From contig JAEPQK010000007.1 in assembly GCA_017640615.1 (NCBI GenBank), positions 104,407 through 168,406 of the forward strand: DNA of 64,000 nucleotides. Direction: 5' to 3'. The stretch's first letter is position 1; every line of letters starts with the position of its first letter. This stretch comes from Rhizobiaceae bacterium (lineage in GTDB: Bacteria > Pseudomonadota > Alphaproteobacteria > Rhizobiales > Rhizobiaceae). The notes below the pieces were generated by a model, which was not told the origin of the DNA, did no database searches, and was given only the letters and a program-made list of their open reading frames with translations. Below, one piece after another: positions 9,403-19,889 of the stretch. The position numbers and the translations under genes are program-made.

Positions 9403-10556
9403 CCATCGGAGTTGACCTCGCCGAGACTACAGCCGGCATCGATCTGCTCTATCGCGCGGCCACCGGCTCGGGCTCGGTTCTCAACGCCGAGGGGCTGATA
9501 CCGGTCGCGGTTGCCGAGGTGAACCCGCGCGAATTGCGGGATTGGTCCGAGGCCGATGCTGCGCTCGCTACACTGATCGCGCGCATAAAAGGCGAATGCG
9601 ATGACGAGCTGCGCGCGGGCTGGCTCACCGAGATGGCGCTCTCGTTGAAGTCACTGGTCGCCATGTTTTCGGGCGAGAAGATCGGGTTTGCGCAGCGGTT
9701 GGCCGATCAACTGCGGGTCGATCCCAATCCGGTTTCCGAAGACCGCCTCAATGCCGAGCGTACTACGTTGCGCGATGCGCTCGACGAGATGGGGTATCGC
9801 TCCGGCGATTTTGCAGAAGATGTCTCTGCCTGGGAAAGCAAGCGTACCGTGCCCACGGACCAGGTACTTGCGGTGCTGGGCGAGTACCAGACCGAAGCGC
9901 GCCGCCGTTGCGAAGCGCTCGTGCTCGACATTGGCGACGATTGGCTGAAACCCGAGGGCGTTACGGAGCGGCCCTATAACGCCTATTGCGACTATCCCGG
10001 CCGTTGGGTCTGGCTCAATCTCGATTTCCGCTACACGTACAGCGATCTGAAGCATCTGGCCACACATGAAGCTTTTCCAGGCCACCTGGTGCACCTGGCA
10101 AGACGCGAGGCGCTGGTGCGCGAGGGCAAAATGCCGCTTGAAGGCGCTCAGGTGGTTACATGCTCGGCGTCGAGCGCGCTGTTCGAGGGTATCGCCGACA
10201 ACGGCATCGAACTGCTCGACTGGGACGAGACACCTGAGGATGCGGCCGGCTTGGCGCTGCAGCGCATACGCAGCGCTCTCCGCTGCAATGCCTCATGGAT
10301 GATCTATGAGGAAGGCAAAAGCCTGGAAGAAGCGGTCGAAGCCACGGCCGGTCCGGCTTTCCAAGATCGACAGACGACGCGACGCCGGCTCGACTTAGTT
10401 CATCACGAACTGCGCGCACCATTCCTGTTTGCTTATTGGTGCGGCGATGAGGCGGTGCGTGCATTCAGGAAGAAGACGCGCGATGCCGACCGTCGGCATG
10501 TCGTCAAAACACTTTTCGATTACATGCACACGCCGACTACTCTTGCTGCCGCTTGA
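9399..10556 (+). CDS. DUF885-like putative metallopeptidase (HExxPGH motif)
   Basis: ATGA overlap with the amidohydrolase gene. The motif HEAFPGHLVH resembles the HExxPGH signature I recall for DUF885. The family assignment needs an HMM search. Confidence 0.5.
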   Translation: MTIGVDLAETTAGIDLLYRAATGSGSVLNAEGLIPVAVAEVNPRELRDWSEADAALATLIARIKGECDDELRAGWLTEMALSLKSLVAMFSGEKIGFAQRLADQLRVDPNPVSEDRLNAERTTLRDALDEMGYRSGDFAEDVSAWESKRTVPTDQVLAVLGEYQTEARRRCEALVLDIGDDWLKPEGVTERPYNAYCDYPGRWVWLNLDFRYTYSDLKHLATHEAFPGHLVHLARREALVREGKMPLEGAQVVTCSASSALFEGIADNGIELLDWDETPEDAAGLALQRIRSALRCNASWMIYEEGKSLEEAVEATAGPAFQDRQTTRRRLDLVHHELRAPFLFAYWCGDEAVRAFRKKTRDADRRHVVKTLFDYMHTPTTLAAA

Positions 10557-10647
10557 CGGTGCCTCGCACCCGAGAATCGCTCGATATCCGGGAGCGCTGC
10601 ACCGAACTGAGCCTACGACCGGTCGTCCTTTCCACGGTCGGGCTCCA

Positions 10648-12654
10648 TCACGACCCCAATGTTTCGAATGCCAGCACCTCTCGCGCCGCGAGCGGTTGCT
10701 GACCGATCAATAGATCGCGGCCGGCGACGAGGGCCGATACGTCAGCCGCTTCATTGCCATAGTTGATCACAAAACGGATGTTGCCATTGTCGCGGATACG
10801 CACGCCCTCAGGGAGAGGTGCGGCATCCACACCGGCCTGCGCCAGCATTTCGCCGACGATCGTCAATGCAAGTTCGTCATTTGGCCGGCCGCCGAGATAA
10901 CTGACCCGTCCCGACCGCAATTGCGCCGCGTGCCCATCTTTTGAGGTTCGCGCCACCTCAACGCCCTCCCCCGGCACAAGAAATTCGCGCCAGCCGTCGA
11001 ATGAGCCACCGTTTTGAAGCGGGACATCGACAATAGGTGGAAGGCTTTCAACCCGGCGTATCTTCATGTCGATCAGGCTCCTGAAACGGCCCGGCGGCAG
11101 ACCCTCGGCTATCTGGAAATCGTCACTCCTGGAGCCGGTTCGCGGACCCAAAAGGATGGTTGCATCGGATTTCCCAAGCGCTTCGACAATGCTCTCGCTG
11201 CCCGCGAATAACCCCGGAACAACGATGAGCTTTCGGTCGGCAATCGCCTCGACACGCGGCGGAACGACATCGATCGATATCCCGTTCCTGCGCAGCGCTC
11301 GGTAGAACCGAAACACCAGATCGAAATAGTCGAAGTCGCGGCCCTGCGGCTGGATCTTCCAGGCCCAGGCGCTTTCATAATCGAACACCAGCGCGACATC
11401 CGAACGGGTGGGACTTGCAACCGCGCCGATTGCCCGAAATTCCTTTGAGATACGGCAGCAGGCCTCATATGCCTCATTCGGCTCCGCATTCGGAAGTAGC
11501 AACGCCTCGTGCATCTGCTCCTGCGCAAATGAAGGCTGGCGCCAGCGAAAATAGCTCACGACCTCCGCCCCGGCCGCAAAAGCCTCCCATGCCCAGAGCC
11601 TCACGGCGCCGGGCCATGGGGCGGGGTTCCATGGCGCCCAGTTCACCGGACCGGGTTGCTGCTCCATCACCCACCAGCGGCCCTCGGCATCGCCGTTTCG
11701 CACCTGACCGCAGGCCCGGTAGAGATCGTGATGAAACGCCTGATTGTCGGGGTCGCCAACCCCGAGATACCGCTTCTTGTTTTCTTCATTGTGGGTGTCG
11801 CGGTCGAGAAACCCGATCGGATAGGAATCCCACGACGCAATATCGAGCTCTTCGCTCACCGCGAAGTGGTCGAAATCCAAGAACCGACCCATGAAATTAT
11901 GGGCAATCGGCACACCGGGCGAATGGGCACGGATTATGTCGGTCTGAATCTTGTTGAAGGCACAAACCTGATCCGACGAAAAGCGGTGAAAGTCGAGCAA
12001 GTGGGAGGGATTTGGTTCCGTGACCGTCAGGTTGGGAAGATCGACTTCCTCGAAGGACCGGTATTCCATCGACCAGAATACGTTGCCCCAGGCCCGGTTG
12101 AGCCTGTCGGGTGACTGGTATTTTTGACCCAACCAGTCGCGAAAAGCCGTGCGAGCAGCATCGGAATAGCTGAGCACAGTATCATGGCATCCATATTCGT
12201 TGTCGGTCTGCCAAGCCGCCAATGCGGCATGCTGGCCGTAGCGCCTGGCCAATGCGGTAACGATACGGGCGCACTCTTTCTGGTAGCCGCGGTGGCTGAA
12301 GCAATAGTGCCGTCGCGAGCCGAAACCGCGTGGTCTGCCTTCGCGATCAAGCGCAACCATGTCGGGCATACTGTCGACCAACCATTTCGGCGGTGTCGCG
12401 GTCGGCGTGCCCAACACCACGCGGAGACCATGCCTGTGCAACGTTTCGATTGCACGGTCCATCCAATCGAACGTCAGCTGGCCGGGGTCCGGTTCAAGTC
12501 GGCTCCACGCAAACTCGCCGATGCGGACATGCGAAATTCCGGCATCGGCCATCATGCGCGCATCGATTTCCCAGCGCTCTTCGGGCCAATGTTCGGGATA
12601 GTAGCAGACACCCAGCGTCTGCCTGCGAGGCTGGTCGACCGACTTGGTAATCAT
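10648..12654 (-). CDS. beta-galactosidase, glycoside hydrolase family 42
   Basis: 668 aa. N-terminus GVCYYPEHWPEERWEIDARMMADAGISHVRIGEFAWSRLEP and the overall length are typical of GH42. Confidence 0.9.
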   Translation of the reverse strand: MITKSVDQPRRQTLGVCYYPEHWPEERWEIDARMMADAGISHVRIGEFAWSRLEPDPGQLTFDWMDRAIETLHRHGLRVVLGTPTATPPKWLVDSMPDMVALDREGRPRGFGSRRHYCFSHRGYQKECARIVTALARRYGQHAALAAWQTDNEYGCHDTVLSYSDAARTAFRDWLGQKYQSPDRLNRAWGNVFWSMEYRSFEEVDLPNLTVTEPNPSHLLDFHRFSSDQVCAFNKIQTDIIRAHSPGVPIAHNFMGRFLDFDHFAVSEELDIASWDSYPIGFLDRDTHNEENKKRYLGVGDPDNQAFHHDLYRACGQVRNGDAEGRWWVMEQQPGPVNWAPWNPAPWPGAVRLWAWEAFAAGAEVVSYFRWRQPSFAQEQMHEALLLPNAEPNEAYEACCRISKEFRAIGAVASPTRSDVALVFDYESAWAWKIQPQGRDFDYFDLVFRFYRALRRNGISIDVVPPRVEAIADRKLIVVPGLFAGSESIVEALGKSDATILLGPRTGSRSDDFQIAEGLPPGRFRSLIDMKIRRVESLPPIVDVPLQNGGSFDGWREFLVPGEGVEVARTSKDGHAAQLRSGRVSYLGGRPNDELALTIVGEMLAQAGVDAAPLPEGVRIRDNGNIRFVINYGNEAADVSALVAGRDLLIGQQPLAAREVLAFETLGS

Positions 12655-12684
12655 CTTTTCAACCGGCTTTCAGCTGTCGCCATG

Positions 12685-13533
12685 TCAGCCTTTGGTCGCG
12701 CCGAGGGTCAGACCTGCAATGAAGTGACGTTGCATCAGGAAGAACATCAGCACAGGCGGCAACGCAGCAACGATCGAGCCGGCCGACACGAGGTGCCATT
12801 GGGCGATCCACTGCCCGTTCAGCGAAAACAGACCCGCCGTCACCGGCTGAACATCGGCACCCTGCGTTAGCACCGTTGCCCAGAAATACTCGTTCCAGAT
12901 GAATGTGAAGACGAGAACCGAAAGGGCGGCGATGGCCGGGCGCATGAGAGGCAGAACGATATGCCGGAATATCTTCCACTCGCTCACGCCTTCCACGCGC
13001 GCAGACTCAATCAGCTCATAGGGCAAGGCCTTGATGAAGTTGCGCATGAAAAGCGTACAGAAGCCGGTCTGGAACGCGACGTGAAAGAGGATGAGTCCGA
13101 GATAGGTGTTGTAGAGGCCCGTCTGCACGGTGAGATCGCGTACGGGCACCATAAGTATCTGGAAGGGAACGAAATTCCCTGCCACAAACATGAAAAACAC
13201 CAGTAGGTTCGACCGGAAATTATAGACCGCCAGCGCAAAGCCGCAGAGGCAAGAAAGCGCCACGGCTCCAAACACCGTCGGGATCGTCACGATGAACGAA
13301 TTGCGGATGTATTTCGCCATCGGCGTGTTGAGGAAAATCTCGATGTAGTTGCCCAGCGCGATCGTCGAAGGGACGCCGAAATAATTGCCCTGCGCCAGGT
13401 CGCTTGCCGGGCGGATCGACGTCACTGCTACGCCCAGAAGCGGCAGCAACCAGAGCAAGAGCGCCAGCGGCAGCGCGACAGTGTAGGTCCACTGAGCGGG
13501 TTGGGGCGCCTTCTGGATCGGACGTGGAAACAT
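12685..13533 (-). CDS. carbohydrate ABC transporter permease (MalG-like)
   Basis: Six-TM permease with the EAA loop ESARVEGVSEWKIFRHIVLPLMRPA. Confidence 0.9.
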   Translation of the reverse strand: MFPRPIQKAPQPAQWTYTVALPLALLLWLLPLLGVAVTSIRPASDLAQGNYFGVPSTIALGNYIEIFLNTPMAKYIRNSFIVTIPTVFGAVALSCLCGFALAVYNFRSNLLVFFMFVAGNFVPFQILMVPVRDLTVQTGLYNTYLGLILFHVAFQTGFCTLFMRNFIKALPYELIESARVEGVSEWKIFRHIVLPLMRPAIAALSVLVFTFIWNEYFWATVLTQGADVQPVTAGLFSLNGQWIAQWHLVSAGSIVAALPPVLMFFLMQRHFIAGLTLGATKG

Positions 13534-13536
13534 CGC

Positions 13537-14472
13537 TCAGCCTCCCGACCGCTCATCATTCACCATCTTCCAGATGAAGCCGGTGATGAAAATCATCATG
13601 ATCAGGAACAGTACGACGGCGATCGCGGCGCCATAGCCCATGCGGTAGCCGTATTCCGACAGCGCCTGCTCATACATGTAAAATGAGAGCACCCGAGAGG
13701 AGCCGAATGGCCCACCATCGGTCATGATCGAAACAATGTCGAACGAGCGCAAAGCGCCAATCACCGTCACCACAATGGCGATGAATGTCGCCGGCCGCAG
13801 CTGCGGAATGATCACATACCAGAGCATGCGCCAGCCGCTTGCATTGTCGAGCCTGGCGGCTTCGATCTGGTCCGGCGAAATGTTGTTCAACCCAGTCAGG
13901 TACAGGATCATACAATAGGCGATCTGCGGCCAAAGCCCGGCCGCGACCAGCGCATAAGTCACGTAATCCGGGTCGGCGAGAAAGGCTATTCCCGTTCCGG
14001 TGACCCACTCGATCAGCTTGAATAGCAGACCGAAATTCGGCGCATAAAACCACGAGAAAATGAGACCAACCACGACCTGCGAAATAACGAAGGGGAAAAA
14101 GAAGAGCGATTTGTAGATGCGAATGCCGGTGACAGTCTGGTTGAGAAATATCGCAATGAACAAGCCAGCCGGCACGGCCAACATGAACAACACCAGCCAA
14201 ATGACATTATTTTTCAACGAGATATAGAAATTTTCGTCGTCCATCAGCTCGGCATAATTGTCGAGACCGAGCCAGGTCTTTTCACCAAGACCATCCCAAT
14301 CGAAGAACGACAGCCAGATCGAATTACCGATCGGCCAGATCACATAGATCAGGAACATCAGCAGACCTGGCGCAAGGAAGAGCCAGGGCGCGAGCTTGCG
14401 CTGGTTGCGTTTCCAGTAGCTGGTTCGCGGTGCGGAAACGACTGGCATCACCGCGGTTGCTGAGCCGCTCAT
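13537..14472 (-). CDS. carbohydrate ABC transporter permease (MalF-like)
   Basis: EAA loop EAARLDNASGWRMLWYVIIPQLRPA. Start set to ATG 14472, which is preceded by AGGAGG; the track ORF extends to 14532. Confidence 0.85.
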   Translation of the reverse strand: MSGSATAVMPVVSAPRTSYWKRNQRKLAPWLFLAPGLLMFLIYVIWPIGNSIWLSFFDWDGLGEKTWLGLDNYAELMDDENFYISLKNNVIWLVLFMLAVPAGLFIAIFLNQTVTGIRIYKSLFFFPFVISQVVVGLIFSWFYAPNFGLLFKLIEWVTGTGIAFLADPDYVTYALVAAGLWPQIAYCMILYLTGLNNISPDQIEAARLDNASGWRMLWYVIIPQLRPATFIAIVVTVIGALRSFDIVSIMTDGGPFGSSRVLSFYMYEQALSEYGYRMGYGAAIAVVLFLIMMIFITGFIWKMVNDERSGG

Positions 14473-14565
14473 GATCGTCCTCCTGACAACCTGCGCAGAT
14501 GCAATTGGCGCGGCTGATGCGTTGGCGAGCAACCGGGCGGCGCACTGCCGCCCGGTCTTGTCGAC

Positions 14566-15816
14566 TTATTTGTAGATGCGCTGACGCGCTTTTTCGAGCC
14601 GCTCAAGAATGTTGTCCAACTGATCGGGCTGAACCATGAACTGCTGGAAGCCTTCCATGCCCACCTTGGCCATTTCTGCTGGGGCATCGCGGTCGAAGAA
14701 CTGGGCGATGCCGCCTTCCGCGGTCGACAGCATTTCGAAGCCGGCAACGAGGAACGGATCGTCTTCATTTACGTTCGCGTTCTTGTTGATCGGAAGCTGC
14801 CCCTGAGCCGCGTTCCACTTGGTCTGCGCCTCAGCGGAAGCGAGGAACGCCAGGAACTTCTTCGCGTCATCGACATTGCTGGCGCCGGCCGGAATGTGGA
14901 TCGTATCCGTAGGCGCTTCTTCGGCTCGCGGGATACCAGCTGTGATTTCCGGGAACACCATGAAGCCGAGGTTCTCGTCGGTCATGCCACCCTGCTTGAA
15001 CACACCGACTGCGAAATTGCCCATGACGTAGTGGGCGGCTTTGCCCTGAACGAGCAGCGCAGCGGCATCCTGCCAGTCGATCGCGGCATGGTTGGCCGTG
15101 ATGTATGGCTGGATCTTCGCCCATTCGGCGAAGGTGGCTTTCACGCGGTCATCCGTCCACTCGACCTTGCCGGCTGTCAGGTCCATGTGGAACTCATAAC
15201 CGTTGGTGCGCAGGTTCATGTAGTCGAAAATGCCGGCTCCAGGCCACAGAGCCTTCGTCCCGGTGGTCAGGCAATCGATGCCAGCTGCCTTGAACTTTTC
15301 GCAGTTCTCGACGAACTGGTCCCAGCTCACGCCGTCATCACCCGGGAGCTCGACGCCCGCAGCTTCATAGGCGTCGCGGTTATAGTAGATGCCCCACTGG
15401 TAGTAGGTATACGGAATTCCCCACTGCTTGCCGTCGATCGTCATGGATGCAAGGGCCGAGCCAAGGGAATCCTTCAGCCCGTTGTCTTCCCAGACATCCG
15501 ACACATCCATGAACTGGCCGGCATTGACGAAGGGCGCCATACGGTTGCCCGCATACCAGTTGGCAAGGTCAGGTGCATCGGCGGTCAGGAAGTTGCGGAT
15601 CGCCGTCTTGTAGCCTTCATGGTCGAAGTTGGTCAGCTGGACGTCGATGTCCGGATTAGCTGCCTCGAAGTCGGCGATCAGTTCTTCCATCGCCTTCAAC
15701 GGAATCGGATCGTAGTCTGCATTGTACTTGAGCACGCGCTGCTGGGCAGTCGCGGCCGTTGCGAGCAATGAGGCCGCCGCAAAGCCTAGAATGACGGATT
15801 TCGTCTTCAGTTTCAT
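14566..15816 (-). CDS. carbohydrate ABC transporter substrate-binding protein
   Basis: Start moved to MKLKTKSVILGFAAASLLATAATAQQ (signal peptide), preceded by GGGAGGAG. Family-1 sugar-binding protein length. Confidence 0.85.
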   Translation of the reverse strand: MKLKTKSVILGFAAASLLATAATAQQRVLKYNADYDPIPLKAMEELIADFEAANPDIDVQLTNFDHEGYKTAIRNFLTADAPDLANWYAGNRMAPFVNAGQFMDVSDVWEDNGLKDSLGSALASMTIDGKQWGIPYTYYQWGIYYNRDAYEAAGVELPGDDGVSWDQFVENCEKFKAAGIDCLTTGTKALWPGAGIFDYMNLRTNGYEFHMDLTAGKVEWTDDRVKATFAEWAKIQPYITANHAAIDWQDAAALLVQGKAAHYVMGNFAVGVFKQGGMTDENLGFMVFPEITAGIPRAEEAPTDTIHIPAGASNVDDAKKFLAFLASAEAQTKWNAAQGQLPINKNANVNEDDPFLVAGFEMLSTAEGGIAQFFDRDAPAEMAKVGMEGFQQFMVQPDQLDNILERLEKARQRIYK

Positions 15817-15916
15817 TGAAATTCTCCTCCCAGAAGTCGGTGGCCTGAGCCTCCAACAAAAGCTTATCGCTAAGCCTACGCCGACGGAAATCACGCCGTC
15901 AGCAATCGGTCAACGA

Positions 15917-15933
15917 GTTCCGATAAATGGAAC
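15917..15933. promoter_or_regulatory. inverted repeat GTTCC-N7-GGAAC (candidate IclR operator)
   Basis: GTTCCGATAAATGGAAC in the divergent region between the sugar-binding protein gene and the IclR gene. Confidence 0.35.
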
Positions 15934-16010
15934 GACGTTTGACTATTTAGAACTATTCGCCTAACGTAAATGCTTGTCAAGGGTTCCTCCCTTGGCTGCG
16001 GGAGGAGTTC

Positions 16011-16781
16011 ATGCATAGCGGCACAGGCACGCTGGGAAAGGCTATCGCAGTTCTGGACGCGGTTGCTGCGTCGCAGGTTCCGTTGCGATTTACGGACCTG
16101 CTAGCGCGTGTCGATCAGCCACGAGGAACACTTCACCGGCAGATATCCAATCTCGTCGAAGAGGGTCTGCTCCAGGTCAATTCCGATCATTCATACGAAC
16201 TCGGGATTCGACTGCTGAGATTTGCCTCCAACGCCTGGTCACGCAGCAAATTCAGGAACATAGCCGAGCCGCATTTGATTGAGCTGCACAAGAAGGTCGG
16301 TGAAACGATCCACCTTGGCGTGCTGCAGGGCATAGAGGTCATCTATCTCGACAAGGTGGAATCCAGCCAGGCAGTTCGCATGCACAGCCAGATTGGAAAC
16401 GCGTCGCCCTGCTACTGCACAGGCGTTGGCAAGGCCGCGCTCTCGCTGCTTTCGCCAGCGCAGCTCGAAGAGCGCATCAGCGTGATCGAGTTTCGGAATT
16501 ACACCCCCACCACCATTGCCGATGCAGACGGCCTGCGCCGAGAGATCGAGGACATTCGAGCCAAGGGCTACGCGCTCGACCGCGAGGAGCACGAAGCGGG
16601 AATTCATTGCGTTGCCGCCGCGATCGGCTCGCCCGGAGAACCGCTGGCTGCTGGCATCTCGATTACGGCCCCCGTTTATCGCCTGCCTCTTGAGACCCTG
16701 GAATCCTGGGCCGGCGAAGTGCACCAGGCCGCGGCGGCAATCACAGAAGATATGAGAGTGCGGGCCGGCCCACGGGGCTGA
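16011..16781 (+). CDS. IclR-family transcriptional regulator
   Basis: N-terminal wHTH ([14 protein letters not shown]...[29 protein letters not shown]) plus an IclR effector domain. Divergent from the sugar ABC operon. Confidence 0.9.
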   Translation: MHSGTGTLGKAIAVLDAVAASQVPLRFTDLLARVDQPRGTLHRQISNLVEEGLLQVNSDHSYELGIRLLRFASNAWSRSKFRNIAEPHLIELHKKVGETIHLGVLQGIEVIYLDKVESSQAVRMHSQIGNASPCYCTGVGKAALSLLSPAQLEERISVIEFRNYTPTTIADADGLRREIEDIRAKGYALDREEHEAGIHCVAAAIGSPGEPLAAGISITAPVYRLPLETLESWAGEVHQAAAAITEDMRVRAGPRG

Positions 16782-16804
16782 TCGGACCTGCGGAGAGGAA
16801 CGAG

Positions 16805-17887
16805 ATGGCAGACGTCGAGCTTACCAATCTGAAAAAGTCCTTCGGCAAAGTGGATGTGATCCATGGCGTTGATCTGTCCATCAATTCAGGCGAGTTCGTC
16901 GTTTTCGTCGGGCCGTCGGGCTGCGGAAAGTCGACCCTTCTTCGTCTTGTCGCCGGGCTGGAGGACGCAACCGGCGGCAAGATCACCATCGGCGATCTCG
17001 ATGTCACACATCTCGAGCCGGCCGAGCGCGGCGTCGCCATGGTGTTCCAGTCATACGCGCTCTACCCGCATATGACGGTCGAAGAGAATATGGGTTTCGG
17101 CCTCAAGATGACCGGCACCGAAAAGCGGGTCGTTAGTGAGCGGGTAAACAAAGCCGCGCAGATTCTCCATCTCGAACAGTTGTTGCAACGCAAGCCGAAA
17201 CAGCTCTCGGGCGGGCAGCGGCAGCGCGTGGCGATCGGGCGGGCAATCGTTCGCGAGCCCAAGGTCTTTCTCTTCGACGAGCCGCTGTCGAACCTGGACG
17301 CCGAATTGCGCGTGCAGATGCGGCTTGAGATCGCAAAACTGCACAGCGACCTCGGCGCGACGATGATCTATGTGACGCATGACCAGGTCGAGGCGATGAC
17401 GCTTGCCGACAAGATCGTCGTCTTACGCGCAGGCAAGATCGAGCAGGTTGGTGCGCCACTTGAACTATATGGCAACCCGGACAACCAGTTCGTCGCAGGC
17501 TTCATCGGCTCACCGAAAATGAACTTCCTGCGCGGGGTGGTTACGGAAAGAAACGCCTCCGGCGCGACGGTCCAGCTCGGCGAGCACCAAAGCGAACCGT
17601 TCATCCTGCCGGGCATCTCGGAAGCTCAGGTCAACCAGGAAGTGCTCGTCGGCATCCGGCCGGAACATTTCAACCCGACCGGAAGCGCGTCAATCGAGGC
17701 ACCCATCGACGTCATCGAGCATCTGGGGGGCGTTTCCTATGGCTATTCCGACGCCGGCTCGGACGACCCGCTCACCATCGGGCTCACCGAGGGCGACAAC
17801 GCCACGCCTGGAGCGCGCTACACCGCGCACTTCGATCCTGCGCGCGCTTTCCTGTTCGATCCAGCGACCGGGCTTAGAGTGCGCTGA
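16805..17887 (+). CDS. sugar ABC transporter ATP-binding protein (MalK/UgpC-like)
   Basis: Walker [10 protein letters not shown], signature LSGGQRQR, Walker [12 protein letters not shown], and a C-terminal TOBE-like regulatory domain. Confidence 0.9.
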   Translation: MADVELTNLKKSFGKVDVIHGVDLSINSGEFVVFVGPSGCGKSTLLRLVAGLEDATGGKITIGDLDVTHLEPAERGVAMVFQSYALYPHMTVEENMGFGLKMTGTEKRVVSERVNKAAQILHLEQLLQRKPKQLSGGQRQRVAIGRAIVREPKVFLFDEPLSNLDAELRVQMRLEIAKLHSDLGATMIYVTHDQVEAMTLADKIVVLRAGKIEQVGAPLELYGNPDNQFVAGFIGSPKMNFLRGVVTERNASGATVQLGEHQSEPFILPGISEAQVNQEVLVGIRPEHFNPTGSASIEAPIDVIEHLGGVSYGYSDAGSDDPLTIGLTEGDNATPGARYTAHFDPARAFLFDPATGLRVR

Positions 17888-17916
17888 CTTTAACGCCACG
17901 CTACGCGGCATCCACA

Positions 17917-18618
17917 CTATCGCAAGCGCGAGACGTAGCGCGCTGTATCTGGGTCAAACCAAGTTCGGGAAAACTCAGCAGACACGCCCTCATTGGTCCA
18001 TGCTGATCGTTCGATGTAACCGGCCGGTGCTCCAACGCTCAGCTGAAAGTCAGGCGGCGTCCAATCCGGCAATGCGCAGACACCGATGCGATCTTCAGCG
18101 CGGGCAATCCAAAAGCCGAGCGCCTTGCGATAAAACAGGTAGAGGGACTCGGAGAGGTCGCTCTTGGTGATCGTCTCGGCCAGCGAGCCGTCGAGCCATA
18201 TTTCTTCCACAGCCGCAAGTTTGCCGCCGAGGCTGCGCAAGCGACGGATGCGATGCCCTTCCCCGCTTGTACCGAATTGCGGCAGGTCGTCCGGCTTGCG
18301 CATGCGCACGACCGAAAGCACACGGGCGGTCGGCAGCCCACCTCCGGCGATCAGTTCGAGGCGGAACATCGCGTAGACGCTGTTCACGTCCGCTCGGGAG
18401 CGCACATAATTGCCCGACCCCTGAACACGCTCCAACATGCCCTGTCGTGTCAGCTCTGCCAGCGATTTGCGTAAGGTGCCAACCGCAATTCCGAGCGTGG
18501 CAGCCATTTCACGTTCCGGCGGAAGCTTCTCGCCGTCGACCATGCGGCCGGCAGCAATTTCGCGGATCAGCATTTCTGCGACCTGCTGATGAACTGGCAA
18601 AGAATGGCGATCTTGCAT
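17917..18618 (-). CDS. GntR/HutC-family transcriptional regulator (SmoD-like by context)
   Basis: N-terminal HTH LPPEREMAATLGIAVGTLRKSLAELTRQGMLERVQGSGNYV plus a UTRA-size C-terminal domain. Divergent from the LLM monooxygenase operon. Confidence 0.85.
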   Translation of the reverse strand: MQDRHSLPVHQQVAEMLIREIAAGRMVDGEKLPPEREMAATLGIAVGTLRKSLAELTRQGMLERVQGSGNYVRSRADVNSVYAMFRLELIAGGGLPTARVLSVVRMRKPDDLPQFGTSGEGHRIRRLRSLGGKLAAVEEIWLDGSLAETITKSDLSESLYLFYRKALGFWIARAEDRIGVCALPDWTPPDFQLSVGAPAGYIERSAWTNEGVSAEFSRTWFDPDTARYVSRLR

Positions 18619-18634
18619 GAGCCTCGGCGAAAAA

Positions 18635-18654
18635 ATTGATACACTATTGATCTA
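18635..18654. promoter_or_regulatory. candidate GntR/HutC operator (ATTGATACACTATTGATCTA), copy 1
   Basis: AT-rich 20-mer in the GntR/LLM divergent region. It is the exact reverse complement of 26360-26379 and is followed by the palindrome TATTGAT-CTAC-ATCAATA. Confidence 0.6.
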
Positions 18655-18731
18655 CATCAATACGGATGGTACCCATTTCGAAAATCCCGCCATCCGTATG
18701 GCCATAACCAGCATTTGGAACATAGCCGAGA

Positions 18732-19889
18732 ATGTCGATCGTGCCTATCACATCGCCGGATTTGGATACCTCGGAGGTCTCCTGGTTTGCCGCGCTATGT
18801 TCGGACGATTATGCCTTTCTCGGCGTGCCCGACGGTAAATTGAGGTCGAGCTGGGATCACTGTTCGAAGATCGTGAAGACAGCCGAAGCGCAGGGCTTCC
18901 GAAACATCCTTTGCCCGTCCTCCTATCAGGTTGGGCAGGACACACTTTCCTTCGTCGCGGGCTGCGCTCCAATAACATCCAAGATCAACATGCTGGCGGC
19001 GGTTCGTTGCGGCGAGATGCAGCCCATCATGCTGGCGCGCACGGTGGCCACGCTCGATCACATGCTGGAGGGCCGGCTTACCATCAACATCATCTCGTCG
19101 GACTTCCCCGGCGAAAAGGCGGATTCGGCTTTTCGCTACCGGCGCTCTCACGAGGTGGTTGAAATCCTTCGCCAGGCCTGGTCGCAGGACAAGATCAACC
19201 ACGAAGGCGAAGTCTATTCGTTCAAGGATGTCTGGACCGAGCCGGCCAAGCCCTATCAGCAAAATGGCGGTCCGCTGATGTATTTTGGCGGCTACTCGCC
19301 GGATGCGCTCACCCTGTGCGGCCAGTTCTGCGATGTGTACCTGATGTGGCCTGAGCCAAAGGAGCAGATCGCGCAGCGCATGCGCGACGCCAACGCGGCG
19401 GCCGAAAAGTTCGGACGCACGCTCGACTATGGTCTGCGTGTCCACATGATCGTGCGCGATACCGAGAAAGAAGCGCGCGAGTATGCCGACCATCTTGTCT
19501 CGAAACTCGATGACGAATTCGGGCGACTGATCCGCGAGCGCGCTCATGATTCCAGCTCACTGGGTGTCTCGCATCAGGCTCGCGCGAGAGAGCTGGCCGA
19601 TCAGTTCGGCTATGTCGAGCCGCATCTTTGGACCGGCATCGGGCGGGCACGTTCGGGCTGTGGTGCGGCGCTGGTGGGCTCCGCCGACCAGGTGCTTTCT
19701 GAAATCGAGGAGTACCGAAAGATGGGCATTCGCTCCTTCATCTTCTCCGGCTACCCGCATCTCGACGAATGTGAACACTTCGGCCGGCTCGTAATGCCAG
19801 AACTGAAAACCTGCTCGCTGCCGCATGAATATGGGCGGGTGCCAGCTGGAACGCCGGCAACCCCCCTCGGAACGGGAGCACGTCACTGA
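18732..19889 (+). CDS. LLM-class flavin-dependent monooxygenase (SsuD/alkanesulfonate monooxygenase-like; SmoC-like by context)
   Basis: 385 aa with luciferase-like monooxygenase features (GRLTINIISSDFPGE...). First gene of a translationally coupled trio. Confidence 0.85.
   Translation: MSIVPITSPDLDTSEVSWFAALCSDDYAFLGVPDGKLRSSWDHCSKIVKTAEAQGFRNILCPSSYQVGQDTLSFVAGCAPITSKINMLAAVRCGEMQPIMLARTVATLDHMLEGRLTINIISSDFPGEKADSAFRYRRSHEVVEILRQAWSQDKINHEGEVYSFKDVWTEPAKPYQQNGGPLMYFGGYSPDALTLCGQFCDVYLMWPEPKEQIAQRMRDANAAAEKFGRTLDYGLRVHMIVRDTEKEAREYADHLVSKLDDEFGRLIRERAHDSSSLGVSHQARARELADQFGYVEPHLWTGIGRARSGCGAALVGSADQVLSEIEEYRKMGIRSFIFSGYPHLDECEHFGRLVMPELKTCSLPHEYGRVPAGTPATPLGTGARH

Noticed and set aside
10805-10818. 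CCCTCAGGGAGAGG, which resembles the island palindrome
   Set aside because: It lacks the A-WWT spacer and the left-arm consensus, and it lies inside the GH42 coding sequence.
15978-16006. CCTCCC-N8-GGGAGG inverted repeat upstream of the IclR gene
   Set aside because: The spacing and sequence differ from the island palindrome, and the right arm is the IclR RBS. At most it is a local RBS-occluding hairpin.
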